Under the pieces are notes generated by a model that saw only the letters and a program-made list of their open reading frames with translations, did not search any database and had not been told where the DNA came from. A stretch of DNA of 37,691 bases from a virus. Lineage: Duplodnaviria > Caudoviricetes. Where the stretch lies: IMG/VR virus record IMGVR_UViG_3300034056_000018, positions 1 through 37,691 of that record; one strand, given 5' to 3'. A program made the position numbers and the translations under genes. Of the stretch, positions 18,607 to 27,505 are shown piece after piece. Numbering within the stretch: the stretch's first letter is position 1; the number at the start of each line of letters is the position of its first letter.

Positions 18607-18849
18607 TTACCCCCTCACATAACCCCTGTAAGCACTTGCAGAAGCATTTGTTATTGTTATAGTGTTAAAGGGCGCTAAAAACTCATCAAAGGTTTCTAAA
18701 GGCTTTATAGTGAATATATTGCCGTTAACCGTTAAAGTTATGTCTGAACCACCATCATTTGTTACCCATATACCACTCATCATGCTTGGGAATGTATGAG
18801 TATTTGTTGCACTACCACTAAAGGGAAATTGTGCTTGTATTCCTGCCAT
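18607..18849 (-). CDS. small beta-rich virion protein
   Basis: GGAGG RBS; 80 aa, close downstream of the capsid gene. Confidence 0.6.
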   Translation of the reverse strand: MAGIQAQFPFSGSATNTHTFPSMMSGIWVTNDGGSDITLTVNGNIFTIKPLETFDEFLAPFNTITITNASASAYRGYVRG

Positions 18850-18860
18850 GTTATTACCTC

Positions 18861-19175
18861 CTAATCTAATCTTTTTACATAAGGTCGCAATTCTTTTGCT
18901 ATTGATTCAATTGTGTTGTCACAATCCCTTTGTTTACTGGATTCTATTTTCTTATTATTTGCTTCAATTTCTGCTAGTATATCAGCATTAACGTTTTTAT
19001 AAACTACTTCACGAACTTTTCTTATAGTTCTATCGTCTAGTTCTTCTTTAGAGATTGACATAAAGTGACCGCCCTTGTGAGTGATCTCATACTGTCCATT
19101 TCCTACATAAAACATATCTAAGTCTTTATCTATTGTCTTTATTCTTCCTTTTACATTGTGTAAATCTCCAAACAT
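18861..19175 (-). CDS. hypothetical phage protein
   Basis: GGAGG RBS; structural operon context. Confidence 0.7.
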   Translation of the reverse strand: MFGDLHNVKGRIKTIDKDLDMFYVGNGQYEITHKGGHFMSISKEELDDRTIRKVREVVYKNVNADILAEIEANNKKIESSKQRDCDNTIESIAKELRPYVKRLD

Positions 19176-19191
19176 AAATCCTCCACATAGT

Positions 19192-19226
19192 AAAAAAAGG
19201 GGAAATCAATTAAGACTTCCCCTTTT
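19192..19226 (-). terminator. terminator after the major capsid gene
   Basis: AAAAGGGGAA/TTCCCCTTTT stem with a T7 tail on the minus strand. Confidence 0.75.
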
Positions 19227-19235
19227 AGTTTATTA

Positions 19236-20411
19236 TTAAGCTTCTGTTATATCTGATAATACAGTCATTGCATTTCTCATGCTTGTTCCAAGTTCATGAT
19301 AAAGGTAAAGTATTCCCTCATATGCATCTTGTCCTGATACTCTTGAAAGAACTGCTCCATCTTCTTGCATCCATTCTATATCACTCATTCTATAGAATTT
19401 AAGTTGACTTTCATCTGCGAAGAATAACTTTCCTGGTGTAGCATCTTTATCAGCTATCAAAGGAAGTCCATTGTAATCAAGTGCAGTAAAACCACCTTTT
19501 AATTCTAATGGATTTGTGTACTGTTTAAGTGCTGCAAGTAATGACTGGTACGCTCTCCTTACACCGTATGAAGTGTATATTGCAGAAGTTTTTCCTGCTG
19601 AGTTTTGCTCAGTAGTATCTAAAGCAGTTTGCATTAGAACCTCAGAGATTGCTCTTGCACTTCCGCTATTTGATAGTACGTTAGCTTTCCAGAACGGATA
19701 TGTAGCTACATCTAAACCTTGAAGCGTTGAAGTTGCTGAGAATATTCCCTCAACTCCCATAATCTCGTAGTTTCTTGAACCCATTACATAAACACTAAAA
19801 GTATTATCTGTTGTTATTGCAGCACCAGATATTACGAAATGTGTTGCATCTGTAATGCTTGATACAACTCTATCAGTTGCACCAGTTGAAGTAGTTCCAT
19901 CTGCCGTAACTAAAACATCAATTCTCATGCCTACTCTTAATTTTCTAGTAGAAGCAACAACTACAGTCGTACTGTTTGAAGTAGTTCCGCAAACTGTTAA
20001 TGCTCCTGTTCCATCGCCCCATAGTTGTCTATTAACAGACGCTCTAAAGTCGTTCATAAGTCCTTTCATTTCGCTATCAACCGCTTTTAAGAATGCTCCT
20101 TCATTTGTTTGAGCAGCTTTAATTGTTTGTCCTGTGATTTGCAATCTACCGTATAGGTATTTCATTGGTACAATAGCATTCTTATAGCTTTGGTTTCCTG
20201 CTACTGGTAATGTTCCGCCTTCTCCACGTCCTGCCACAGATTCATTTCTTCCTGTGTGTAGTGCCATAGTGAAGTTTTTACCTACTACAGAATCATAATC
20301 TTTTTCTAATCTTGAAAGTATTACTGATAAATTATTGAATTGTTCATTAACCGCTGGTAAATACTGAGTTTTTAAAATCGAATCAAGTGTACTTAATGTA
20401 GTTCCTGCCAT
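19236..20411 (-). CDS. major capsid protein
   Basis: 391 aa after the scaffold, followed by a terminator; EGGTLP, NRQLWGDGTG, YNGLPLIADKD patterns. Confidence 0.85.
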   Translation of the reverse strand: MAGTTLSTLDSILKTQYLPAVNEQFNNLSVILSRLEKDYDSVVGKNFTMALHTGRNESVAGRGEGGTLPVAGNQSYKNAIVPMKYLYGRLQITGQTIKAAQTNEGAFLKAVDSEMKGLMNDFRASVNRQLWGDGTGALTVCGTTSNSTTVVVASTRKLRVGMRIDVLVTADGTTSTGATDRVVSSITDATHFVISGAAITTDNTFSVYVMGSRNYEIMGVEGIFSATSTLQGLDVATYPFWKANVLSNSGSARAISEVLMQTALDTTEQNSAGKTSAIYTSYGVRRAYQSLLAALKQYTNPLELKGGFTALDYNGLPLIADKDATPGKLFFADESQLKFYRMSDIEWMQEDGAVLSRVSGQDAYEGILYLYHELGTSMRNAMTVLSDITEA

Positions 20412-20426
20412 TTATAACATCTCCCT

Positions 20427-21188
20427 TTATTTAAATATATTTGATGCCCTGAGCATTTCTGCCGCTCCCTTGCGAGCATCCTCGAACGTCTTTGGTTGTT
20501 GAGTAATTAATACAGGTGAAGCACCGCCACCCTCTACTGGACGATTGCCTTTTTTTAGGTTAACGAAATATTCTTCTACCGCACTTTTCTTTAGTGCTTC
20601 AATGTCAACCTCAGGTTTCATAAGTTTATAAGCTTTCTTAGGGTCGCTTATACCTTCTTCCATCATGGATTGAATTAACTGTTCTTCGGTGATATCAACA
20701 CCGTCTTTTTTAGCTAGTTCTAGAACTTCATTGACTTGGCCTTTTATTTGGGATTCCCATTGTGCCTGTTCTTGCTTAGCAATTTGGCTTGCTTTTTCTT
20801 CTTCCTGTGCTGCTATCTTTTGTTTAAGTTCATTAAGTTCTCTTAGTACCTCAGGAGAAGCATTCATTTGTTGAGCTTGTCTTTCGAGCTCTTGTTGTTG
20901 CTTTTGTTGGTTATAAGCTTCTAGATATTCTTCTACAGTGTTAAAACCATAAGATTCAGCAGCTTCTTGAAGAACTGACTTATAAGGGTTGTACTTCCCC
21001 TCTAATTCTGCTGCAAGCTTGCTTCTTTCTTCTGCTAATCTCTTAGCGAATGACTGAGTTTGTGTAATATCTTGTTGAGTGGTTTGCACTGGTTCGGTTT
21101 GTACCTCTGTAGTGCTTGTAGTTTCATCTATTGGGTTGGCGATTCCCTCCGATTGCTCGGTATTAGCAGCCAAGTTTAATTCATCCAT
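20427..21188 (-). CDS. capsid scaffolding protein
   Basis: Acidic, Q/E-rich coiled-coil protein between portal and capsid. Confidence 0.75.
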   Translation of the reverse strand: MDELNLAANTEQSEGIANPIDETTSTTEVQTEPVQTTQQDITQTQSFAKRLAEERSKLAAELEGKYNPYKSVLQEAAESYGFNTVEEYLEAYNQQKQQQELERQAQQMNASPEVLRELNELKQKIAAQEEEKASQIAKQEQAQWESQIKGQVNEVLELAKKDGVDITEEQLIQSMMEEGISDPKKAYKLMKPEVDIEALKKSAVEEYFVNLKKGNRPVEGGGASPVLITQQPKTFEDARKGAAEMLRASNIFK

Positions 21189-21270
21189 AGTTATTACTCC
21201 TTAGCTTGTCTTTGGTGAACGACGTCCCAGTAAGCTACACTGTTTTGCAGTTCATATACAATAAAGCCAC

Positions 21271-23151
21271 CTACATAATAGGCGGTTGAGTTTGGCTATT
21301 CATCATTGGTTCTTCCATAGGTTGCTCACCCATTGGAGGTGCTGCGGTCATCATTAGATAGTTCTCATGTTGTTTCACATGTTCGTCTATCATCATTTGT
21401 AGCTCAGGTGGTAATTCCTCGTATTCATCGGACTTCCTAAACTTATCATGCTCCTTTATATGGACCATATGATTATAGAAGTCACGTACTATAGGACTAC
21501 CGTCACCCTTCTTCCACTTATCAACTTCATTCTGTGCTTGATTAACGTCAATAGTGGCATCACTGTATAAATCTTCTGTTATTCCTAATTCAAGCATTTT
21601 AAGTATTAAATCTCTATCTCTTACAGGGTCAAGCAATTTTTCATGTAATAAGTTAATTACCCAGTCTTGCTTAGCTGCTTTTGATTGAGGTAAAGAACTT
21701 CCTGCTTGTACCCTTACATCTGTAGAGGTTAATTGACTTCCCTGGAATTGAATTACTTCAACACTGTTATTTTTGCCCACAATGTTAATAGTTCTGGGGA
21801 TATTATACTTAATCTTAATTATCTTAAGCATATATGCTATATATTTCTCTATGCACTTCTCTAAATTCTGTACTGTAGGTCCTAACTTAGTATCATCCTG
21901 TTCTTGTAAGAATGAAATAGCAGTACCCGAAGTAACTCCCGTAGGTGTTTCACCATGTGATACCTCATGTTGACCGCTTATAAAGTCAAATTCCTCTTTA
22001 CATTCTTCAAGATTCCTATACACATCACTAGATATAACAGGAGGTTGCTCAATCTTAGGTGCTGCAAAACCCTTCTTGTACTGTACTACTTGTCCTGGCT
22101 CGTCTGTTATCTCTACATCTATTGAACCTTCTTCAACTAACCACACAGGATTGCTAATAATATTCTTATTCTCAATTATCTGTGATCTAGTTTTGTTGTA
22201 TTCCCTTTGCACAGGAATAAGATTCTCTATTACAGACATTCCGTTAACTCGTCCAGGTATAACAATATGTACAAAAGGAAAGAAAGGTAATTCTCTCTCT
22301 GTCTTATCAGCTTCACCAAATCCTATATCTTCCTCATATAAGAGTAACACGTGGTTTGCTACGGTTATTCTACGTCCCTTAGGATACTTGCTTGAAGGCT
22401 TTTCCCAATACTCTCTTACTATAGCACTACTTTTAACTTCATCGGTTTTAGTTTCAGTGCCTATATTATTAAGGTCCTTAAGTTTAGCACTAAATATATT
22501 ACTTACTGCAATTCCTGATTCCGCTGCAACATCTTTCCCATACACTTCTTTTATGTAGTCTACCTCTCTAGGCTTTTCGTGTACTATCCACTTAACTTCC
22601 TTCCACTTCTTAGCGGTAGGGTCAATCTTAACATCAAACATGGATACTACATCGTAATCTATGTCACCTAGATTCATTTGCTCGCCTTGAGGGCTTACAA
22701 CACTATCACCTTTACTTGGATTCCAATAAGGTTTCATAAAGGCTATATCAGTACATAAACCCCACATAGCGAGTTCCTTATTAGCTTCTTGCAAGTCTAA
22801 CTCGTAAAACAACCAGTCTGCTATTTTCTGCCCTAGATGAGCTGATTTAATATCATCGTCATCATTTGAAGCAGGAATAACATTAACAATAGGCTTAGTC
22901 TTGGTTATCTTAGCTAATTCAGTACGTACAATAGGTTGTATTCTGTTACCTACAAAGCGTACTTTATGAGCTTCTTTAGGTGGTTCAAACAATCTGTTAT
23001 TAGCCTTATCCCAACTTATCCATTGTTTACCCGCAAAATACGCTATGTTTATATAACCTTGTTGCTCCATAGCTGAGTTAGTACCATTCTTACTAGCTTC
23101 TTCAACTACTTTTACAAGGTCCTTTTCTTCTATCACATTAGGTTCTTTCAC
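21271..23151 (-). CDS. portal protein (P22-like)
   Basis: 626 aa downstream of terminase; GKQW, NRIQPIV, LIPVQREYNK, ISG...TSGTAI..LQEQ patterns. Confidence 0.85.
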   Translation of the reverse strand: MKEPNVIEEKDLVKVVEEASKNGTNSAMEQQGYINIAYFAGKQWISWDKANNRLFEPPKEAHKVRFVGNRIQPIVRTELAKITKTKPIVNVIPASNDDDDIKSAHLGQKIADWLFYELDLQEANKELAMWGLCTDIAFMKPYWNPSKGDSVVSPQGEQMNLGDIDYDVVSMFDVKIDPTAKKWKEVKWIVHEKPREVDYIKEVYGKDVAAESGIAVSNIFSAKLKDLNNIGTETKTDEVKSSAIVREYWEKPSSKYPKGRRITVANHVLLLYEEDIGFGEADKTERELPFFPFVHIVIPGRVNGMSVIENLIPVQREYNKTRSQIIENKNIISNPVWLVEEGSIDVEITDEPGQVVQYKKGFAAPKIEQPPVISSDVYRNLEECKEEFDFISGQHEVSHGETPTGVTSGTAISFLQEQDDTKLGPTVQNLEKCIEKYIAYMLKIIKIKYNIPRTINIVGKNNSVEVIQFQGSQLTSTDVRVQAGSSLPQSKAAKQDWVINLLHEKLLDPVRDRDLILKMLELGITEDLYSDATIDVNQAQNEVDKWKKGDGSPIVRDFYNHMVHIKEHDKFRKSDEYEELPPELQMMIDEHVKQHENYLMMTAAPPMGEQPMEEPMMNSQTQPPIM

Positions 23152-23333
23152 TACTTAGTCACCTTCTTTGCAACTGCTTTGATCTCAAATCCATCAATAT
23201 CGTCTATTACCTCTACTGTAACAGGTAAAGCCTGAAGATTATGCTTTTCTTTTATGTTCTTTATTGCTTCTGCTTCTGTCTTAGCCACTGTATAGAATTT
23301 GTATTTACCATATCCACCGTAAAATAATTTCAT
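23151..23333 (-). CDS. hypothetical protein, 60 aa
   Basis: GGAGGTG RBS; stop overlaps the portal start. Confidence 0.7.
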   Translation of the reverse strand: MKLFYGGYGKYKFYTVAKTEAEAIKNIKEKHNLQALPVTVEVIDDIDGFEIKAVAKKVTK

Positions 23334-23367
23334 TTAATCACCTCCCCAAAATAGTTATAAGGACTTA

Positions 23368-23691
23368 TTAAAGCAAACTATATAATCTATCTATATCGCT
23401 TGGTTTATGTCCATCCCACTCAGGTGCAAACTCTATTTCTTGTACATTGAATTTATCCCAATTATCTTTATGATAGTGATATGTATAATCACCTTTAGGA
23501 GTTGTTACACCAACTATAAAATAATCATCATACATAGTACCGTCAGAATGTTTTGAGGATTTCCACGCCACAGGTTTATAAGTATTGCAGATTATCGAGA
23601 ATAAAATCATTCTATGATGATATAACTCGTCAAACGTATGGTATCCGTCACTTATCTGACCTTTATTCTCTACATCAAATTCAAACTTCAA
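23368..23691 (-). CDS. WDGH-motif phage protein
   Basis: SDGYHTFDELY.HR, WKS..H.DG, YH, APEWDGH. Confidence 0.75.
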   Translation of the reverse strand: MKFEFDVENKGQISDGYHTFDELYHHRMILFSIICNTYKPVAWKSSKHSDGTMYDDYFIVGVTTPKGDYTYHYHKDNWDKFNVQEIEFAPEWDGHKPSDIDRLYSLL

Positions 23692-23729
23692 TTAATATAT
23701 CCCCCCTTGAAATGTCGCTAAATATTTAT

Positions 23730-23858
23730 TTAGTAGCATGTTACTTTTCTTTTGCCACATTTTTCACACCTAAAAAACTCTTTTAACTTTCTGTTTTCTT
23801 CTTCGCATCTTTCAAATTCATATCTATGCTTACAGAATAATCTTTTAATAAAGTTCAT
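23730..23858 (-). CDS. 42-aa Cys/His zinc-binding protein (DUF1660-like)
   Basis: MNFIKRLFCKHRY...FRCEKCGKRK; GAGGTG RBS. Confidence 0.65.
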   Translation of the reverse strand: MNFIKRLFCKHRYEFERCEEENRKLKEFFRCEKCGKRKVTCY

Positions 23859-23868
23859 TATTACACCT

Positions 23869-24048
23869 CTATATAAAATCTATTTCCTTGCTCTCAGGCT
23901 TTTTTAATTCCTTTTTACTCTCTGTGGTTAAAGCTTTATATTCGCTTAAATCGCGAGCTTGTATTCTGTCCAATAGTCTAGCTCTCTCTTTATGATTCAT
24001 CACCGTTAGAAAGGCTATAAGGGCTATTAAAGCTATATCTATTATCAT
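23869..24048 (-). CDS. 59-aa protein with N-terminal hydrophobic segment
   Basis: ATGA overlap with the terL stop; MIIDIALIALIAFLTV...ERARLLDRIQARDLSEY. Confidence 0.65.
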   Translation of the reverse strand: MIIDIALIALIAFLTVMNHKERARLLDRIQARDLSEYKALTTESKKELKKPESKEIDFI

Positions 24049-25514
24049 AAGAAATCATTTCTCCTTTTCTTGCTTGTTAATTTCTCTAAGTTCTTTTGCA
24101 CTCTATCTTCCATAGAGTTAATAGGGAATCTTCTTTCCTCCGGCTTATTACTTCTGCTATAGTAGATTAATCTATTTAAAGCTTGTGTCATACTATCTAC
24201 CATATCATCATGAGCACCACTAGGAAATGCGGAACATTCTTCTATGAACTCATTCACCCATTGATTATTTAAAGGGTTAGGTAAGAACACATTCCCACTC
24301 TCTATAGCCGGGGATACTGCCGAAGCTCTTGTAATCTTTCCACCCTCTGGATTGATTGCAATAAGTCCCGGTAATCTAGTCTGTAGCATTTGGATAACTG
24401 CCGGTCCGTTAGCTTTATCCTCTACAAGTTTGAGAGTAGCTTTTGGATATTTCTCACTCATATTGAGTATTGCTTGCATTGTAGTAGGTAGGTCCATTCT
24501 ATCTCTAAATTGATCTACGAGATAATAATAAGCTCCTGCTCTTGCCCATACTTGACCAACAACAAAATCTGAACCGTCACTATCTTTAAAGGTACAGTCC
24601 CACGATTGAATATATTCGTCTATCCATTCTGGTAAACTCTCGTAGAACTTCCACCAATGACGTTTAAGCATATTACCTTCTTGAGCAGTTGGGTGTCCTT
24701 GCATTAAAGCATTCCACGCTCTAGAGCCTTCTTTAGTCATGTAGGCTTTTTTGAACTCTCTAAGCCACTCGTTATCCTTTCCTATCTCCGGGAACAACGC
24801 TTCACCTTTAGTACGTCCTAATACATCATTATCTTCGGCTTCTAGAGGTATATTAATCTCTAGTGCTTTATCCGGCATATACTTGAGTATTCTTCCTGCT
24901 AAATCATCCTCATGCCACCTGGTCATAATAAGAATGATTTTTCCTTTAGCTGATAGTCTTGTATATATGGAGTTTAGGAACTCATCCCATAATCTTTCCC
25001 GGTATGTTTCGGAATCTGCTTCTTGTCTATTCTTAATAGGGTCATCAATAATAATTAAATCTCCTGGTTGCCCGGTTATACCTGACATAATACCACGAGA
25101 TATCATTGAGCCCTTATGTCCTTCTATTTCAAAGTCTGTAGCTGAGTTTCTTTCCTTGCTTATCTTTATATCAAATAGGTCAAAGCCAAACTCATTTATT
25201 TTATCTCTATTCCTTCTTCCAAACCTCTGAGCAAGATCATCACCATATGAAGTTTCAATAACTCTCTTACTCGGAAACTTCCCTAAGTAATAACTGGGTA
25301 ATGTTTCAGTAACGCATTGTGATTTACCATGCTGCGGTGGAACTGACAATATTAATATCTGCTCTTTTAATCTATCAAATATTAAATCCTCTACGGTTTT
25401 ACATATTAACTCTAAGTGCTTACCTAAGAACCATTTACCGCTATGAACATATATACAGTAATCAGCGTATGATCTTCTTGCTAATTCCTTCTTAAGTTCT
25501 TCTCTAATCTTCAT
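24045..25514 (-). CDS. terL: terminase large subunit
   Basis: Walker A PPQHGKS, Walker B IIIDDPIK, MTRWHEDDLAG, nuclease SWD, VEDKANG, HDDMVDS. Confidence 0.95.
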   Translation of the reverse strand: MKIREELKKELARRSYADYCIYVHSGKWFLGKHLELICKTVEDLIFDRLKEQILILSVPPQHGKSQCVTETLPSYYLGKFPSKRVIETSYGDDLAQRFGRRNRDKINEFGFDLFDIKISKERNSATDFEIEGHKGSMISRGIMSGITGQPGDLIIIDDPIKNRQEADSETYRERLWDEFLNSIYTRLSAKGKIILIMTRWHEDDLAGRILKYMPDKALEINIPLEAEDNDVLGRTKGEALFPEIGKDNEWLREFKKAYMTKEGSRAWNALMQGHPTAQEGNMLKRHWWKFYESLPEWIDEYIQSWDCTFKDSDGSDFVVGQVWARAGAYYYLVDQFRDRMDLPTTMQAILNMSEKYPKATLKLVEDKANGPAVIQMLQTRLPGLIAINPEGGKITRASAVSPAIESGNVFLPNPLNNQWVNEFIEECSAFPSGAHDDMVDSMTQALNRLIYYSRSNKPEERRFPINSMEDRVQKNLEKLTSKKRRNDFL

Positions 25515-25899
25515 TTTTTAATAGTTCCCTTATCTGGTCCGTAGTTAGTTTAGAGAAATCTATTTTATTATTCACTGTAGTTTCTCCAGAGGTTTCAACT
25601 TCCGTTTTATCTTTCCAACCGAAATTATTCTTTAAGTTGAATATAGTTACCGTTGGATTTGTTTCGCCTATTAATGATTTTTCCTCTAGCCAATTCTCTA
25701 TCCTCATCTTAGCCATTTTTATTGTGTGGAAATACTCTTCCGATTCTTCATAGTTAATTAATGTTTTCCTATCACAATTTAAGTGTAAGCACAATCCAGT
25801 AACAGTATAAGGCTTGTTTTTCTTTTCTGCATATTCAAAGTATTCTTCTATCTTCTTTTCCAAATCTTCTACCGATTTAAACTTTAATGGTCTACCCAT
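25504..25899 (-). CDS. terS: terminase small subunit (P22 gp3-like DNA packaging protein)
   Basis: MGRPLKF, TVTGLC..L, IFNLKNNFGWKDK; overlaps terL. Confidence 0.88.
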   Translation of the reverse strand: MGRPLKFKSVEDLEKKIEEYFEYAEKKNKPYTVTGLCLHLNCDRKTLINYEESEEYFHTIKMAKMRIENWLEEKSLIGETNPTVTIFNLKNNFGWKDKTEVETSGETTVNNKIDFSKLTTDQIRELLKNED

Positions 25900-25914
25900 A
25901 CTGCCACCTCCTAT

Positions 25915-26070
25915 CTATTTACATTTTCTTATATCAAGTCCGTTGTTATCTTTCATAATGTTTTCTATATCTTCCCTTTTCCTTTTCCATTCACTAGGTT
26001 TACAATATACTTCAACGCAATAATTACAAATGTCAGTTTCCTCATATTCACACTTATTACATTCAAACAT
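25915..26070 (-). CDS. 51-aa Cys-rich protein
   Basis: MFECNKC...ICNYC; GGGTGAG RBS. Confidence 0.55.
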   Translation of the reverse strand: MFECNKCEYEETDICNYCVEVYCKPSEWKRKREDIENIMKDNNGLDIRKCK

Positions 26071-26094
26071 ATCACTCACCCTTTCAATGCAAAT

Positions 26095-26122
26095 AAAAAA
26101 GACAGTCTGTGGATGACTGCCT
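26095..26122 (-). terminator. intrinsic terminator in the leader of the packaging operon
   Basis: GGCAGTC/GACTGTC stem followed by T6 on the minus strand. Confidence 0.65.
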
Positions 26123-26142
26123 AATGGGTTCGGGGAATTTTT

Positions 26143-26191
26143 TCTTTAGTACGTCTACTGATCTTTAGTTTTTCACCATGAAATCTTTAGT
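26143..26191 (-). repeat. three exact ACTAAAGA direct repeats
   Basis: TCTTTAGT on the plus strand at 26143, 26162 and 26184. Confidence 0.75.
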
Positions 26192-26198
26192 TGTCTTT

Positions 26199-26245
26199 AT
26201 TATAACACAATTTGTAAATAGTTTCTAGGACATATTAACGACATT
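26199..26245 (-). promoter_or_regulatory. candidate late promoter with activator direct repeat
   Basis: ATGTCG-N5-ATGTCC repeat upstream of TTTACA and an extended -10 TGTTATAAT. Confidence 0.45.
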
Positions 26246-26398
26246 TTACAACTTACTAGCTTCTTTTATAGCATTTCTTTTCATTTCCCTATACCAATCT
26301 CCCCTATCTTTATAGCCTAACTTCTTTATAGCTTCATCAAGTGACTTTAATTCTGTTTCAACCTCTCTAACTTGAAATCTTATATTCTTATTTGTCAT
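26246..26398 (-). CDS. 50-aa ribbon-helix-helix-like protein
   Basis: MTNKNIRFQVR...LDEAIKKLGY..RGDWYRE; GGAGGGG RBS. Confidence 0.6.
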   Translation of the reverse strand: MTNKNIRFQVREVETELKSLDEAIKKLGYKDRGDWYREMKRNAIKEASKL

Positions 26399-26410
26399 TT
26401 ATAACCCCTC

Positions 26411-26884
26411 CTAATATCTATTAAACTCATAATATCCTGGTATCTTCTGAATATCTTCTTGAGCCTTTTTAAGCCAATCTAATGCAACATTAAATTTTTG
26501 AACATAATAAACTATATTTTCACTTTCTGCAATTTCTTCTTTTAATTTTTCCTTTATATCTTTTAACTTGTTTTCTATATAACTAATATCAAATTTTATA
26601 TTCTTTTCTTTATTATATTCACATAGACATATTTCAAAACGTTCGCATTCTCTACTTAGATATAAATAGTGTCTTTCGTATCTCCTACAATGATATACGC
26701 TATACCCTTCTATATTAACATTGCTTTCTATTCTCTTGTTTAGTACCTTCCCACTATATCCCCTTAAACACTCTATTAGTTGATCATATATTTTAATGGT
26801 TTCTTTATTTCTTCTTATTGTCTTGTCAGCATGAGCAACTAATTTATTATAATCATCATCAGATATTTTATAATTTAAGTTCAT
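26411..26884 (-). CDS. hypothetical protein, 157 aa
   Basis: GGGGTGA RBS; second gene of the moron. Confidence 0.7.
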   Translation of the reverse strand: MNLNYKISDDDYNKLVAHADKTIRRNKETIKIYDQLIECLRGYSGKVLNKRIESNVNIEGYSVYHCRRYERHYLYLSRECERFEICLCEYNKEKNIKFDISYIENKLKDIKEKLKEEIAESENIVYYVQKFNVALDWLKKAQEDIQKIPGYYEFNRY

Positions 26885-26922
26885 ACTATCACCCCTTAAA
26901 GGGGAATTTCTTCCCCAACCTT

Positions 26923-27378
26923 TTATACTAGTGCATATCTTGAAGATGTATTTATTTTCTCACTTCCAAACTTCTCTCTTATAGCATCCATTGACCATTC
27001 GCCTTTTTTCTTTCCTGTTGTTTCGCCTAATGACCACTTTTCTTTTTTACTTCTCCATTTGAATCCAAGTTCTTTTAACACTTCTTTATATTGCTTAGTG
27101 TTTCCACCTACCCACAACCATGATCCACACACTTCTATTTCTAAACCTATACAATTTATTAATCTATCTATTACTTCCTTGAATTGTTCTGCAAATTCCA
27201 TTTCGTTATGTTCTTCTTTTGCGGTGCTTGCTAACTTCTTTAACATTAAGTCATAAGCTGCGTTTAACTCTTTCATTGTTTCAGCATTTCCGCCCCTATC
27301 TGGGTGATGTACAAAAGCTAATTTTCTGTATTCCTTTTTTAGTTCCTCGATTGATTTTACATTACTAAAGAATTTCAT
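26923..27378 (-). CDS. J-domain (DnaJ-like) protein
   Basis: ELKKEYRKLAFVHHPDRGG...MKELNAAY with an intact HPD motif; C-terminal GSWLWV...LKELGFKW domain. Confidence 0.88.
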   Translation of the reverse strand: MKFFSNVKSIEELKKEYRKLAFVHHPDRGGNAETMKELNAAYDLMLKKLASTAKEEHNEMEFAEQFKEVIDRLINCIGLEIEVCGSWLWVGGNTKQYKEVLKELGFKWRSKKEKWSLGETTGKKKGEWSMDAIREKFGSEKINTSSRYALV

Positions 27379-27425
27379 GATTTAATTTCCCCTTTCAAAA
27401 CTTGTTATTTGCTTTCCACAATCTT

Positions 27426-27455
27426 AGTATACACCACACGTACTCCATTTGTCAA
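27426..27455 (-). promoter_or_regulatory. sigmaA-type promoter of the J-domain moron
   Basis: TTGACA-N18-TATACT. Confidence 0.7.
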
Positions 27456-27482
27456 CACATATTTAAAATATTTTTAGAAAAT

Positions 27483-27505
27483 AAAAAAGAGGGTTTTACC
27501 CCTCT
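27483..27505 (-). terminator. terminator at the end of the early/middle operon
   Basis: AGAGGG/CCCTCT stem with a T tail on the minus strand. Confidence 0.6.

Noticed and set aside
23730-23858. Apparent frameshift in the small CKH...CEKC gene at an A/T run
   Set aside because: Recounting the run (six T on the coding strand) keeps both motifs in a single 42-aa frame.
26899-26917. GGGGAA/TTCCCC hairpin, and the similar GGGAGG/CCTCCC hairpin at about 36509-36527
   Set aside because: Short intra-operon hairpins with weak T tails; cannot be called terminators or anything more specific.
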